A DNA stretch of 54,848 bases, filler included, from Asterionella formosa (taxonomy: Eukaryota): assembly GCA_002256025.1 (NCBI GenBank). It is 4 parts of 4 records of this genome, joined end to end, with 100 filler letters (N's around TTAATTAATTAA, not from the genome) between each part and the next. Parts side by side here need not be neighbours in the genome. Positions count along the whole stretch, not along the records: positions 27,474 to 41,114 come from NKIB01006535.1; positions 41,215 to 54,848 come from NKIB01006543.1; 2 more parts are not named here. The stretch is one strand, 5' to 3'. A program made the translations under genes and the position numbers. Below are positions 37,602 to 49,329 of the stretch, piece by piece (within the stretch, counting starts at the first letter, position 1; every line of letters begins with the position of its first letter). The notes under the pieces were generated by a model. That model was not told the origin of the DNA, made no database searches, and was given only the letters and a program-made list of their open reading frames with translations.

Positions 37602-37882
37602 TTGATGCACATAGTTGTTGCATTCCAGTCATTTTCGTCAAGCTCCTTGAGTTTCTTGTTTTTTCTGTTGATTCTTTCATGTGTTTGTAGCTCATTGCAT
37701 AAGATAGTATACTTATTGCGTAGCTCCAAACGCCGGCGCAGAACGGATCTCGATGCCAACAGGACATCGACAAATGCGCACTTCAATTGAATGATGCATG
37801 TTGTTACATTTCAGTCATTTTATCAAGCTCCTTGAGTTTCTCGTTCTTTCTGTTGATTCTTTCATGTATTTGTAGCTCATTG
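37602..37882. repeat. Local direct duplication, ~95 bp, spacing ~183 bp
   Basis: tcaagctccttgagtttct.gtt.tttctgttgattctttcatgt.tttgtagctcattg twice. Confidence 0.85.
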
Positions 37883-38044
37883 TATACAGTATAGTGATTT
37901 GGTAACAAGAATGGTCTGATTTGATTGTGTGGCTGTAAATATACATAGCCCTTTATAGTGCAAGGGGTACTTACAAGGGCTAGAGGATGGCTGTGATGAT
38001 ATTACTAGCTTAGTTTGTTTGTGTACATTTGGATGCTTTGACAA

Positions 38045-38672
38045 AATTGTGTGATATCGCAGATATAGAGGTACTGTTGCATCAGGCGTGATAATGACTG
38101 TGACCACCATGTATATAGAAACATCATTAAGTATGTCTAGTATTGGCCAGACTATAAGGGGTTAGTTGCTGTGTATGCTCATGTATACACTTCACAGCAG
38201 GCATAAGGGTCATTCAGAAAATCTATTTGTATTCGCAAGTTCTAGTCGTTGTCATCAAGTTCTGGTCGTTGTCAGCAAATTTTAGTCGTTGTCAGCAATT
38301 TCTAGTCGATATCAGCAATCCCTAATAGTCATTGTCAGAAGGTCCTAAATGTATAATGAGATGATTTCTATTTGTATTCCGAAGCTAGAAGACGGTTTTT
38401 TGCTGCAGGTTGGATTTGCTGACAACGACCAGAACTTGATGACAACGATTAGAACTTGCAAATATGAATAGATTATCTGAATGACCCTGAGAATGCCCAT
38501 GAAGTATATACATTAACAAAAAGGCCACTACCCCGGCCCTTATAGCTTTGACGATACTATGAACATGAGTATCATTATATTCATATACTTGGTTACAGTC
38601 TGCATCGCACCTGATACAACAGCCTACTGGGGTTGTACCTAGCACCACTATATTTGCAATATCATTAAACAA
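38045..38672. repeat. Inverted pair of a ~240-bp repeat (fold-back) with ~20-bp tandem subrepeats
   Basis: 38045-38281 is the reverse complement of 38414-38672; closest match near the centre (gggtcattcaga...gttgtcagcaaat). Confidence 0.8.
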
Positions 38673-39176
38673 ATCACATATCACTTATTATGGCTGGCTG
38701 GGATATATGATATCTTCAGGGTACCCGAAATAGCGCTTGTAGACGTTAGTATATAATTATTTAGTATAGATTTTGCGATTTCTTTCTATTTATAAAACAC
38801 TACAGTGTAGTTGTTGTGAGCGACTGGAGAATACTGCATCATCATGTCGTCTTAGCCTTGACCATGACGAAAATAACAAATATCTCGATGAAAAATGAGA
38901 GCAAGCGATGCTTTGCTATTTGGTACATATATTAAGCACGACATAGACAATATAATCGTAAAAGAATTATGATAATAACACTAATATGGACATCGAAAAG
39001 GGAAGTCGCTGACAGAACATCTTTTCATGTAATTTATAGATGCGCAATTCAGAAGAATGGTGATATGAGCAGATTTGACACTTTCACAGTTTGCTCTGCT
39101 CTCCACTAATTTAATCTGTAGGTCGAAGGAACTTTAGTTGTTTGATTCATTTAAAAAATAATAATATCAATTAATA

Positions 39177-39550
39177 AAGGGAATGGCTTAGTAGTTTAGC
39201 ACGTTGCCTTTGATCTGAGAATGTGTTGTTCGATTCCCACAACTTTTTTGAGAAGTAATTGTTGGATTCAACTCCCACACTCTTTACCATCCCGCATGGT
39301 CTTGCCTGGTGTGCAAGAAATATTGGGTCACTCCCCTACACGCAGCTTGTGCCACCTTTATAGGCGGTCGGAGTTTCCCCTAATGCTGCAGGTACAACGA
39401 TCACTTTTCGCGAAAGGTGGTTGGGGACTCACCTACTAGTATGCAAACAAAACTAGGGAAGCATTGGTCTTGCTGGCAAGTAGAACAATGAATACTTGCT
39501 TAGAAATAGGGGAGTATGAATGGGCTGGGCTATAAAACATATTTAACTTT
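39177..39550 (+). mobile_element. tRNA-derived SINE-like element, family 2
   Basis: A box TGGCTTAGTAG (39184-39194), B box TGTTCGATTCC (39227-39237), AT-rich tail, flanking direct repeat taatatc(a/g)attaata at 39162-39176 and 39551-39565. Confidence 0.7.
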
Positions 39551-39634
39551 TAATATCGATTAATAGTCCATTGACATTTTCAAAACGACTCTTTTGTTTA
39601 CCATTACTGATCCAGTTAGTGACTAGTACATATG

Positions 39635-39790
39635 ATTAGAAATCTGCTGACAATGACTTGAACTTGCAGACAACAATTAGAAATTGCTCATGATGACTAG
39701 AAATCTGCTGACAACTACTAGAATTCGCTGACAATGACTAGAATTTGTTGACTAGTATGACTAGAAATTGCATACTATGACTAGAAGTTA
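39635..39790. repeat. ~20-21 bp minisatellite (gactagaa.t.gctgacaat), inverse of the 38240-38340 array
   Basis: About seven degenerate units visible. Confidence 0.75.
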
Positions 39791-40371
39791 CTGATTGGTG
39801 AACCTTGCTTAAATTAAACTGTCTTCCACTTGGTGAATGTTGTTACCAGAACAGTAATATTGGTAAGTGAACACAATTTCGATGAGTAAGACACGACTTA
39901 GATTTAAGGAATAATAATTTGACGTTATAGAAAGTTACTTAAGGGAGTTTGGAATGGATAGCCAGCCTATCTTGTCCAGTAGGCATGGGATGAGTCATTG
40001 GGAGTGCGTCGAAACTGAAGAAGTGCGCAAAAATGTGCGCTACCGGGCCCTTCCATGAGGATACTGGTATAGCTAGCTAGCTACACCCCCCTTGGAAATA
40101 TGATGAGCACCGGTACCAGGTACTTAGTGATGAGGTACCGTCTACAGGTTTTTCTCGATGTTAGCGCTACATACGGTGATGAATACCTGTATTGTCATTA
40201 TTTTACCGGAATTAAATTAATATACATGGCGCGTTTCTTCACCTTCCTACATTTCCTTCTACTTCATATTCAAACTCACATCTCGCATGCACATACCGAT
40301 ATCTTATTTTTATAACTCCACACCTTTGTTCCCTAGCAACCTCCACTGCTCGCTTCCCGTCAACAAAAGCA

Positions 40372-41114
40372 ATGACAGACACATGTGCCATTTGTCTTGA
40401 GGATCTACGCAGTAACCTTTGCGCATCCATCTCCTGCGGCCATTGTTTTCATCGCGATTGTTATCGACTTCTCCTTGAAGACTACATTTACCAAAACGAG
40501 TGTCAGCCCGTGGAAGCGAGACCTGCTTGTCCAGTCTGCAAAAAAGGTATCAAAAAGACTATCAAGGTGTATTTGACGATTGCCAGTTCCGGATCTTCTT
40601 CGTGCCAAAATGTTCAAGAGCACGACGCAGCGGTGGCTTCAGTCAAGGAAAACTCTCGTGTTCAGCAACGACTCCGTGAACTTCAACAATTGTCAAATGA
40701 CCAAAGCGACTTGTTGCTTCGCATCTTGCCCCGATATGACCGACTAGAGGAGCGACACGGAGCGCTGAAGAGAGAAAAGAAGCGACTCAAGCAGCAACTG
40801 GAAGCGGTGGAAGACGAGAATTGGGAACTGCTGTTTGATTGCTTCGATGCGCAAGCGAAGTTGAAGGAAGCCAATGAAGAACGCAACGATATTGAAATAA
40901 AACTGGAGGAGACTGTGGACGAGAATAAAGATCTGTTTGCTATATGGGAAGCCCTTGAGAAACAGCTGGAGACATCGATGGTGAAGAAGAAGGAAGTCAA
41001 GGCTAAACTGAAGGAACGTCTACGTGAACAGCGTGAAGAGTTGGATTTGCTCAAGACTGAAGTCGACAGGAACATGTATGAAAAGAGTCGTCTCAAAGGA
41101 GATCTTGAACTCTA
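40372..41114 (+). CDS. RING-H2 finger plus coiled-coil protein (TRAIP-like E3 ubiquitin ligase), 3' end lost at contig end
   Basis: CAIC...CGHCFHRDC...CPVC (C3H2C3) at the N-terminus followed by a long heptad-rich region; frame open up to the spacer. Confidence 0.85.
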
Positions 41115-41214
41115 NNNNNNNNNNNNNNNNNNNNNNNNNNNNNNNNNNNNNNNNNNNNTTAATTAATTAANNNNNNNNNNNNNNNNNNNNNNNNNNNNNN
41201 NNNNNNNNNNNNNN
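41115..41214. other. Artificial contig spacer N44-TTAATTAATTAA-N44
   Basis: Same linker as at 13631. Confidence 0.95.
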
Positions 41215-41640
41215 TGACCATATGCATAAAAAACACGGTTGCTACAATTTCGATTGTGAGACTCAGATGGGGATTTGTTCTTCCGAAATTTGTAGTTACA
41301 CAGATAACACCATTGCAATGTGCGCAAAGACATTGCAAATTGCAAATGATGACCAAGTCAGGATATGAAAAGGATAGAATGAAAATGAATTAATATATAA
41401 TAATAAATTGAGCGCCACTTCGAACATGCTGTGCTGGAAAATACAGAGTCGTGAAATTATCACTCCACCATAGTAGTAAAAATGGAGGTATACCGCTACA
41501 TGTAGTACAGGCGGCACTAATAGTAATAGTAGTATAGAGCAGAATCAATGTTTTCCTATCATCTATGATATGGCTTGCATTGTAGAAGTCTCACACTAAC
41601 TATAATTATTATGTAACTACTAAGTATGCATTGGATTCTA

Positions 41641-43506
41641 TTAGATCCATTCAAAATCAACATCGTCATCAATGTCCCGTTGATTAATGCGGTCATTATA
41701 ATCAATATTCCTTTCAGGAACATTTGGTTGAAGTGATTCAACATATTGATGTATATCCTCTTCACTTACGTTGGGAAATGAGAAGTATGAGTGTGGGTAG
41801 ATGATATTTGCGGTGGGAGTAGCAATTCCACTAGGATTCCTTCCATATTCAGATCGATTCTTTTGCGAAAGTCCAGTGTAGATTTCCTTATAATAAACGA
41901 GTAAATCAATATCATCAGTCCATTGATCAATAAGATCATTTGAAACTGAACTTTCTTCCCTCACACTTTTTTTAATAAGTGGTTTCCCACCAATGTCCAC
42001 CAATGTCGACAAAATCAGTAGAATGACGAATTTCGTTCTCTGAAATCTCAATGCTTCTGTACTGGCATTGATCAGCGAACCAACAAAACGTGTTTGCAAT
42101 TCACACTGTGCCCGAAGACTGAGTTGAAATTTGGCTTGGTCACACCAGATTTGTCTCCTTTTAAAAATGGTTCTCCACGGCTTGTCCTGCCTATAAAATA
42201 CACCGGAGCAAGAACATCACGCCAGACTTGGTATCCATGGCTTCCCCTGTCAATGTCCTTTGACTGCGCAAAACGATAAAGCGTCAACGCCCACCTAATA
42301 AAGTCATCAATATCCATAGTCTGGAAGTTATATTCTGTTAGACCAGCTGGTGTGTCATGAATTATGTTAGCATTTTTAAATTGAAACATATTTGATAAGA
42401 ATATAATCCCTGACTCAAAACATCATGCTTTCGGAGCATCTCCCTGCAAGAACTTACCTAAGATTCCTTTATATTGATTATTCAATACATTCTGACATTC
42501 TCTCAACTTTTTAATGCAGGCCACATGCCACCAAATGTTGATTTGATGTAATCCAAACGTGCCTTGTTGGTACGTTCAATGGTCTGATTCATTGGAAGTA
42601 GTGCATCAGAACCAATCCAAATGAAATCGGCAAGTTCTGGGTCACTCTCCACTTCTTTGCCTAACTCCGGTTTCACTGTGTATAGCCGAGTTAGGCAATA
42701 TTCGGCAAACCAATCCTGTTTGTGATTGGAAATGCCTTTCATACTACTTGGACCAGATAGGGCGGGATGTTTGATTCTCTTTTGGGACCCAAAAAAAGCA
42801 CATTAGATTGATATTCTGTTTTACAGTATTTGATTGACATTCTGTTTTACAGTATCTGCAATTCACAAACTATAACATCAAACTTACATGTTCACAGCAA
42901 AACTTCTTGGTCTTGAAAATAAAACTCACAACCATTATGACAATTGATGGTTCAATTTTAGCTAAGCGGCAAGCAGGAACGACGTTCTGATAAGGCTGCT
43001 GAAATTGAAGAATCTTGATAACCTCATATGGATAAGCGAGTTTTGAACCGAATTACGACCTTTGTAGTGATTAAGTACATTGACCAATTGATAATATCCT
43101 TTGGAAGTACAAAATATTTTTCCCTCAGTTTGTCATGTACTTGTTGGTCCGTGCAATTAGAAAATTGATGATATGATACCATGTCATCCATCTGCATCCG
43201 GGAGTTATTAATGGCATCATCGACAGGAGCCATTTTTCTTGTATCAACAACAGAAAAAGAAATGTCATCATCGCTGTCAGTATCAATTACGGGATCCTTT
43301 GTACTAGTAGCTGATGGTGTCCCCATCGACGATGGGGTCTTACCCCCAACATCTCCCACCAATCGCCAATTGGGTTGCTTGGGATAATCGCCTATTCGCT
43401 TTTTCTTTGTAAACTCATTTTGGAACTTGCTTCTTTGTTCCATACCGGCAGTATTTGCCACATGTTGCTTGTTTCCATGAACCTCTTTATGGTTTCTTGA
43501 AGACAT
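41641..43506 (-). pseudogene. Fragmented multi-exon coding region of unknown function
   Basis: Four co-oriented protein-like ORFs (43024-43506, 42503-42742, 42072-42389, 41641-42099); minus-strand GTAAGT donors near 42887 and 42457; frameshifts are needed to join them. Confidence 0.45.
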
Positions 43507-43564
43507 TGTACTTCTTGATAAGTGTTGTCGTTGTCTTCCTTAAAGTTTGATGATCTTAAATTCA

Positions 43565-43842
43565 TTTACTGTCCCGCTGCAGTAGCAGCAGTCATAGACA
43601 TATGGTGTTCTGTTGCTTGCTATTTACTCTGACTATTGGTTTCTAGTTTTACGATCATACGATCCTAAAACTATGATGATTTACTGTCCCACTGCAGTAG
43701 CAACAGTCCTGAACATATAGTGTTCTATTGGTTTCTAGTTTTACGATCATACGATCCTAAAACTACGACGATTTACTGTCCCACTGCAGTAGCAACAGTC
43801 CTGAACATATGGTGTTCTGTTGCTAGTTTACTACTCCGACTA
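43565..43842. repeat. Tandem repeat, three units of ~90-115 bp
   Basis: atttactgtccc.ctgcagtagca.cagtc at 43565, 43679 and 43770. Confidence 0.9.
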
Positions 43843-44654
43843 CCCCTAGTATATCACTTACTACCTGCTAGTGGTCCTCTGTATATATATATGACATATT
43901 GTTATTGTCATATGATGTACCGGTACACATGAAGAGCTCCCAACCAAAAATGGGGCTTTAACAATTTGCTACCAAAACCCTTGTGGCAATTGAACGCTCT
44001 AAATAATTAGTTTCAACGGACGTAAAAAATATCGATGCAAACAAATTTCAGAAACAATACCGGTACACGTAGTCGTGGAAAACAATGGACCTATAGTGCA
44101 TTGAGTATTTTCGAATTATGTATATGCGAGTATGATCATCCCAACCATATCAGATGTTCCATATCGAGAGCGCCTTTGAATTTTATAAATGTATAACACT
44201 TAATATATATATATATTTACAAATTTTATTACTATAATCATGGCATATATATTTTTGAAATCGTTCTGTCATTTTAACAAACAATGCCTGCTGCTTCATG
44301 AAAAGATACATCGTAGTAGTCAAGCACATTAAAAGAAAAGAAAGTTTATGCAATACATAACGAAAAAATTGTGACTTCGACACATTGCGCATTCGAAGGA
44401 TGGAGAATGATTAAGGTAATGAAGCCATCAATGTGGTACTTGGATGACAATCGTTAGGAGGCAGGCAGCACAACAACAAATTGTCAACTAAACGCAGCCA
44501 CATTTCCTTTTTTCTCAGTTGATTCAACAGCTCGTTTCGCTTGTTGGGGAGCACCAATGTAAAACAAAACCAAATTGCGTAAGTGCTCTTGTCGCTCGTT
44601 GGACCTATTCACTTCTGTTGGAACAAAACTAACAAAACGTTTACCTTCTCTCAA

Positions 44655-45550
44655 AGTTAAGCTGACAAAAATGAACCGGTAAGTTTTATTTGACAACATT
44701 GGATACCCGAAACTTACTTATTCAAGAATTTGGCTTACCGACAAGTTACTATTACAGACTTATGCATCCTCAGTTGCATTGATTTGTGGTAAGTGAAGCA
44801 AGAGGATACAATGGAATTGTGTGTCGTTGTGTCAATGTAGCATGACTAGCTAACAAATCATTCCTTCTCATTGTTACTGTAACAGCATACATAGGAAAAT
44901 AAAACCAATTAAACGAAATAGCTGGCGAGTTCACAATGACACTAACAGCAGGGAGAGAGACACAACATTAGTAAGGCATCGCTTGGCACAAGCTTGGCAC
45001 AAGATTCAGAAAAGAGGAAGAAAAGGGTGAGACAGGAACAATATACATCGAGCCGAGTAGAGAGGGAAACGTTGGGTCGCTGGCATGTAGATTAATAGAT
45101 AGCATTGCTTAATTTGATAGTTTAATTACGATCCATTTCAATCTATTTTGAACAATGCTTGTGATTACAATTTTGATCAGGTTTACGATAGATTTACGAT
45201 GAAACAATTCACATGATAGCATAGAGTTGATCTGATTTTAGGATGCGTTGTAGTAATGATTTACATCCTCGGGCGATCACGAGAAGTGAAAATAATATGA
45301 GAAGGTTTATGATATTGATGGGAAATGTTGTTGATCAGTTTATATAGATTGTGTGATGATAATGTTCTTATTATCATTATACTTCAAGGTTGGTAACATA
45401 TTAATAAATCATCATAGATACAAGATACCTTGATCATATCTTTGATCCAAAAATTATAATATATACGAAAATCCTGTGCCACTTAGCGTACAATACCCTT
45501 GATCCTATATGCATGATACTTTTTATTTACAGACGTGGCTGCACACACTG
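44655..45550 (+). repeat. Dispersed repeat family D, copy 2
   Basis: Collinear with 27755-28572; right part is the inverse of 15706-16003. Confidence 0.9.
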
Positions 45551-45779
45551 TTGATAATGTGCCAGGAAGGTTGACGATAGCGTTGGCAGAGTCGTCATGT
45601 TACAAATTATTATCATAAAACAAAAATATTAAAAGTAAGAATTATTATTTTAATAATATCTACGATAATAATAATGACAATAATGCTACAATAGAAGTAT
45701 CGAAGTATCGAATACTATATCATCAGTATATGTGATGACAATTATATATTGTTTCCGCCATTCTGATTGGTGGAGACAA

Positions 45780-46007
45780 TCTCCGTTTGCACGAAGATTA
45801 ATCTTTGGGAAACGAAGATTGTTCAAGAAAATACGAAGATTGGGTCAATATCGGGGATGACCCTCGAAATATTCTGGCAAACGAAGAATAATCTTCGTGA
45901 TCGGGGGGCATTTGTGAGTTATTTAAGGGACGAAAATACGAAGATTAAACCCCAACAGGTATCCGGGCGACTGAATCTTCGTAATTCGGGCACCGTAAGA
46001 CGGGGCC
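45780..46007. mobile_element. MITE-like remnant with iterated ACGAAGAT motifs
   Basis: Seven copies of ACGAAGA(T) in both orientations; right end gtaagacggggcc followed by TAA, as in Harbinger/Tourist termini. Confidence 0.5.
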
Positions 46008-47468
46008 TAAGTAGTCAACAAGCACATACCTGGTAACATACTTGTAGATCTACCGGTAACTGTATCTCAGTCTTCGTTCTGTTGTAACTCCGGTAGACAT
46101 CTCTAGATCGGTCGAGCACCTGGAAGGTCCGGTAATTGAGAAGTTTAGCTGAATCTTCTCCTAAGTAAAAACGTGTTTTACCGGTCCTACCTGCCTATTT
46201 CAAAGATGTTCAACTTATTTTTGTATTGGAGACGAATAAGTGGGTGCGCTCTGATATTAAAAAATTATTGTATCATGTGTGTATTATAACAAATGATTTT
46301 GGCGATTTGATAGATAGTAATGTCATCGCGCTCTGATAATCAAGATATTTTACACTAGCCATCTAACATTTTATATAAATTTAACTTTAATTCATAATAG
46401 TTATAATTTCATAGCACTGCATCCTCTTGCGTGTTATGCGGCCTCTTGTTCATTGTCCACATGAGTATCATAATTTCACTGTGTCAGTCACTGACCAGCC
46501 TCTGTGCAATCGCTGGACAACCTTAGTTGAAGCATCGAAAGTTTACTTCAAGGTTGCTTTGGAAAATGGTCTTTCACACACTTCGAGATCAATTCCATAA
46601 GATATGATACGTAAACAGTACCCGGTATTCTTGTATCCATCTTTGCTTTCAGAAATTTTCACAAAATCAATCACGATTGCAAAGCATAATTGGAAACGAA
46701 CAACAATTTCTCATGATGAGCTCGTCTGACAATCTTGATATCTCTGCTCAGAATGAAGTATCTCCTTTGAGTGGCGTACACTACAACCACAGGCTTGCAC
46801 AGAGTCTGCATTCTGGTCGTCAAACCCAAGTTCTGGGACAGCAACGGTCCTCGTTCTCGTTGAATCAAGGGAAACTAGCAAGACATGAAATATTGCAAAT
46901 CCTGAAGGAGGAACCTGGCTGGGACAAACGAGAAGCGAGCCGAAATGTCTAGTACACCCAATACATTTTAGTTTCAGGGCGTTACAGTACCTACTCCTTG
47001 GATACCATTTTATTTTAAGGGGGGCACCTGGTACGCTAGTACTGAAGCGACATTTTGGGATCAGAATCAACAACAAATTAAACCAAATTATGTCATGTCT
47101 GTTATGGTAAAAGGAGCTGGAAATACGCACAGGGAAGAATGCAGAAATGTACTTACAATCTGCAGTACTTTCAAACATTTGTACAGAAGCAATTGTACCA
47201 GCAATAGAAAATGCCAACTCCGGTTTTCGCGTGGTCATTTTGAAAAAAATCAACAGCCAACATACCGATATCTAAAGCAAGGCGAATTCGGTCACAATGA
47301 CAAAGTTGTCTGTCCTTCAGCACACACAGGGGGGACTGATCACTTACCAGGCACCTGTAAACAGATACCAATGCAAAATTGTTGTACGACTACGTGATAT
47401 TGCGTACCTGGTACCCTCAATCTAGATACCGGTAGTATACCAAAGTCACTCCCTAACCCTATTCCTAT

Positions 47469-47727
47469 CATGGGCATGATTCAAATTCAAATCGATCGTA
47501 CACTTAGTACGTTTACATACAAATATCTGTGCAACATACCGGTATATACGTGTCACTATGATGCTGGACATGATTTGAATTCAAATCAATCGTATGCATA
47601 CTGGTACATACGTTTACATGCAAAAATATGTGTGCTACATTATACCGGTAGGTATCCCGATGATGGGCATGATTAAAATTCAAATCAATCGTGTACATAC
47701 GTTTACATAAATATCTGTGCAACATAT
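47469..47727. repeat. Tandem repeat, three units of ~95 bp
   Basis: catgatt..aattcaaatc.atcgt...tacgtttacat...aatat.tgtgc.acat three times. Confidence 0.85.
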
Positions 47728-48635
47728 TGGTGCTACCAGTACCAGGGTACCAGGTAGTACAATAGATGATACAATAGACAGTAGTACCTGGTACCAGTAC
47801 TCACACACAAGTAGACTCGAACATGCATTTTCATAAATGAATATATTTATCATGTCTTCTAAACTATAGATTACTACAGCAGATATGTACACATACCCAT
47901 GTACGACTGTCCTACTCATATACATACAAAAATACATGTATCGAAACATATACATACAATATTCTACAAAACAGGAATCTTTATGATCATATGATCGCCA
48001 TTATAAGATGCATCACACGAATTAGATGTTTTCTATTGCAGACGGAGCCCAACCTATTCCCGCTTTTCAACGACAAGTTCTTATCAATCCCCATAGAGTT
48101 GGAGATGAAATCAATCAAGTTCAGCAAAGGCAAGATCAATTGGCAGCAAGCCCAACTTACTAGTATTCCCAAATTTCAATTCCCATTGAGACGGAGGTGA
48201 AATCAATTCAGTTTTTGATGACATTGAAAATCAATATCAACAGCTGCAAGAGAAATTGGCAGCAAATGCAAATGTATTGCAGCTTGTAGACGATGGAGAG
48301 GATGATGTACCAGCGGAGATATTCAGTGGACTGTGTTTTGTCTGGAAATTAAGTTCCATGCTGCAGACGCCATTATACAAAGGATGCTACAGTAGTTACA
48401 AATACACATAATACAATAATTTTTTAAAATCAGAGCACGCCCAGTACTGGTATTACCAGCAGTACCAGGTACAGTAAGAGTTGACAAGGTGAAATGATGT
48501 ACTGACACTTACAACAGCCATGCTGGCGCCGGACAGGCCATGGACATGTCATACAGAAAACCACGCCTTCAATTTCATGTTTTGAAATTGTCACTTTGGC
48601 TGTTCGACTGGGCCAAGCAGCTAGAGAGTACCTTG

Positions 48636-48995
48636 TGAAGTATCTAACTAGAAGTAGTAGTATTTGTTGAATATATGAGCTTATTTGTTAATCCTTGTGT
48701 GTAACTCGTTCTCTAAGTCGACACCAAAGTATACAATGAGGGTTAGTCGAGTTGTCTCATTATTGAGTTCTGATACATGTATGATATAACACTAACCCTA
48801 TATACAATACATCTGTATTGATGCGCAAGATCGCTCACTCTCCCACACCAAGGGAAAACCTTTTACCTTTGAAAAGATTTGATGTGATTGAATATTGATT
48901 CGTTCCGTACTAGTATGCATAGTTTGTTGAAAAGTAACTGTACCATTGGCATATACTTGAATAATAGAATAAGGACCTCGTCCATGTTGCCGAGC
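48636..48995 (-). mobile_element. Gypsy 3' end: integrase C-terminus, PPT (48838-48849) and 3' LTR (48636-48837)
   Basis: Reverse complement nearly identical to 13779-14122. Confidence 0.93.
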
Positions 48996-49115
48996 CGCTG
49001 GGTTGTAGACATGACACATAGTCGTCGATCGGAGTATAGATTGTAGTACTGGTGTATGCACATGAAGCGATGTAGAATCTATATATATATATACATATAT
49101 TAAGTGATTTGAATA

Positions 49116-49329
49116 GGGAATAGCTTATTTGGTTAGCTCCCCTTCCTAGGTGGCGGGTTCGATTCCTGCATTCTCCACCTGCTTTGTTTATGTAGTCCCT
49201 TGGGTTCCGGGTGGTGAGGCAGACAACAAGCAGGTCTAAGGCCCTCTGGGGGGCCAAGTGCGACTTCACAACCTCCACAATTGTCGAGCTCTTAAACAAT
49301 AGCGTTTTATAAAATTTACTTAATAATTT
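49116..49329 (+). mobile_element. tRNA-derived SINE-like element, family 1
   Basis: A box TAGCTTATTTGG (49121-49132), B box GGTTCGATTCC (49156-49166) in a GCGGG/CCTGC T-stem, AT-rich tail, exact 16-bp flanking repeat tattaagtgatttgaa at 49098-49113 and 49330-49345. Confidence 0.8.

Noticed and set aside
38240..38340. CRISPR-like arrays (also 39635-39790, 43565-43842, 47469-47727)
   Set aside because: Units are contiguous degenerate tandem repeats without unique spacers; no cas genes; eukaryotic context.
39985..40030. Hammerhead ribozyme words (gatgag...gaaac, ctgaaga)
   Set aside because: Core elements are not in the right order and the flanking stems do not form.
40683..41096. Antisense ORFs over real genes (also 51715-52314, 30454-30768, 23457-23684)
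   Set aside because: Shadow frames of the RING, small-protein, Myb and Snf7 genes, with no independent motifs.
49116..49178. Functional tRNA gene (also 39179-39242)
   Set aside because: No proper anticodon arm or acceptor stem and no T-run terminator for the 49116 copy; both are embedded in TSD-flanked units, so SINE heads fit better.
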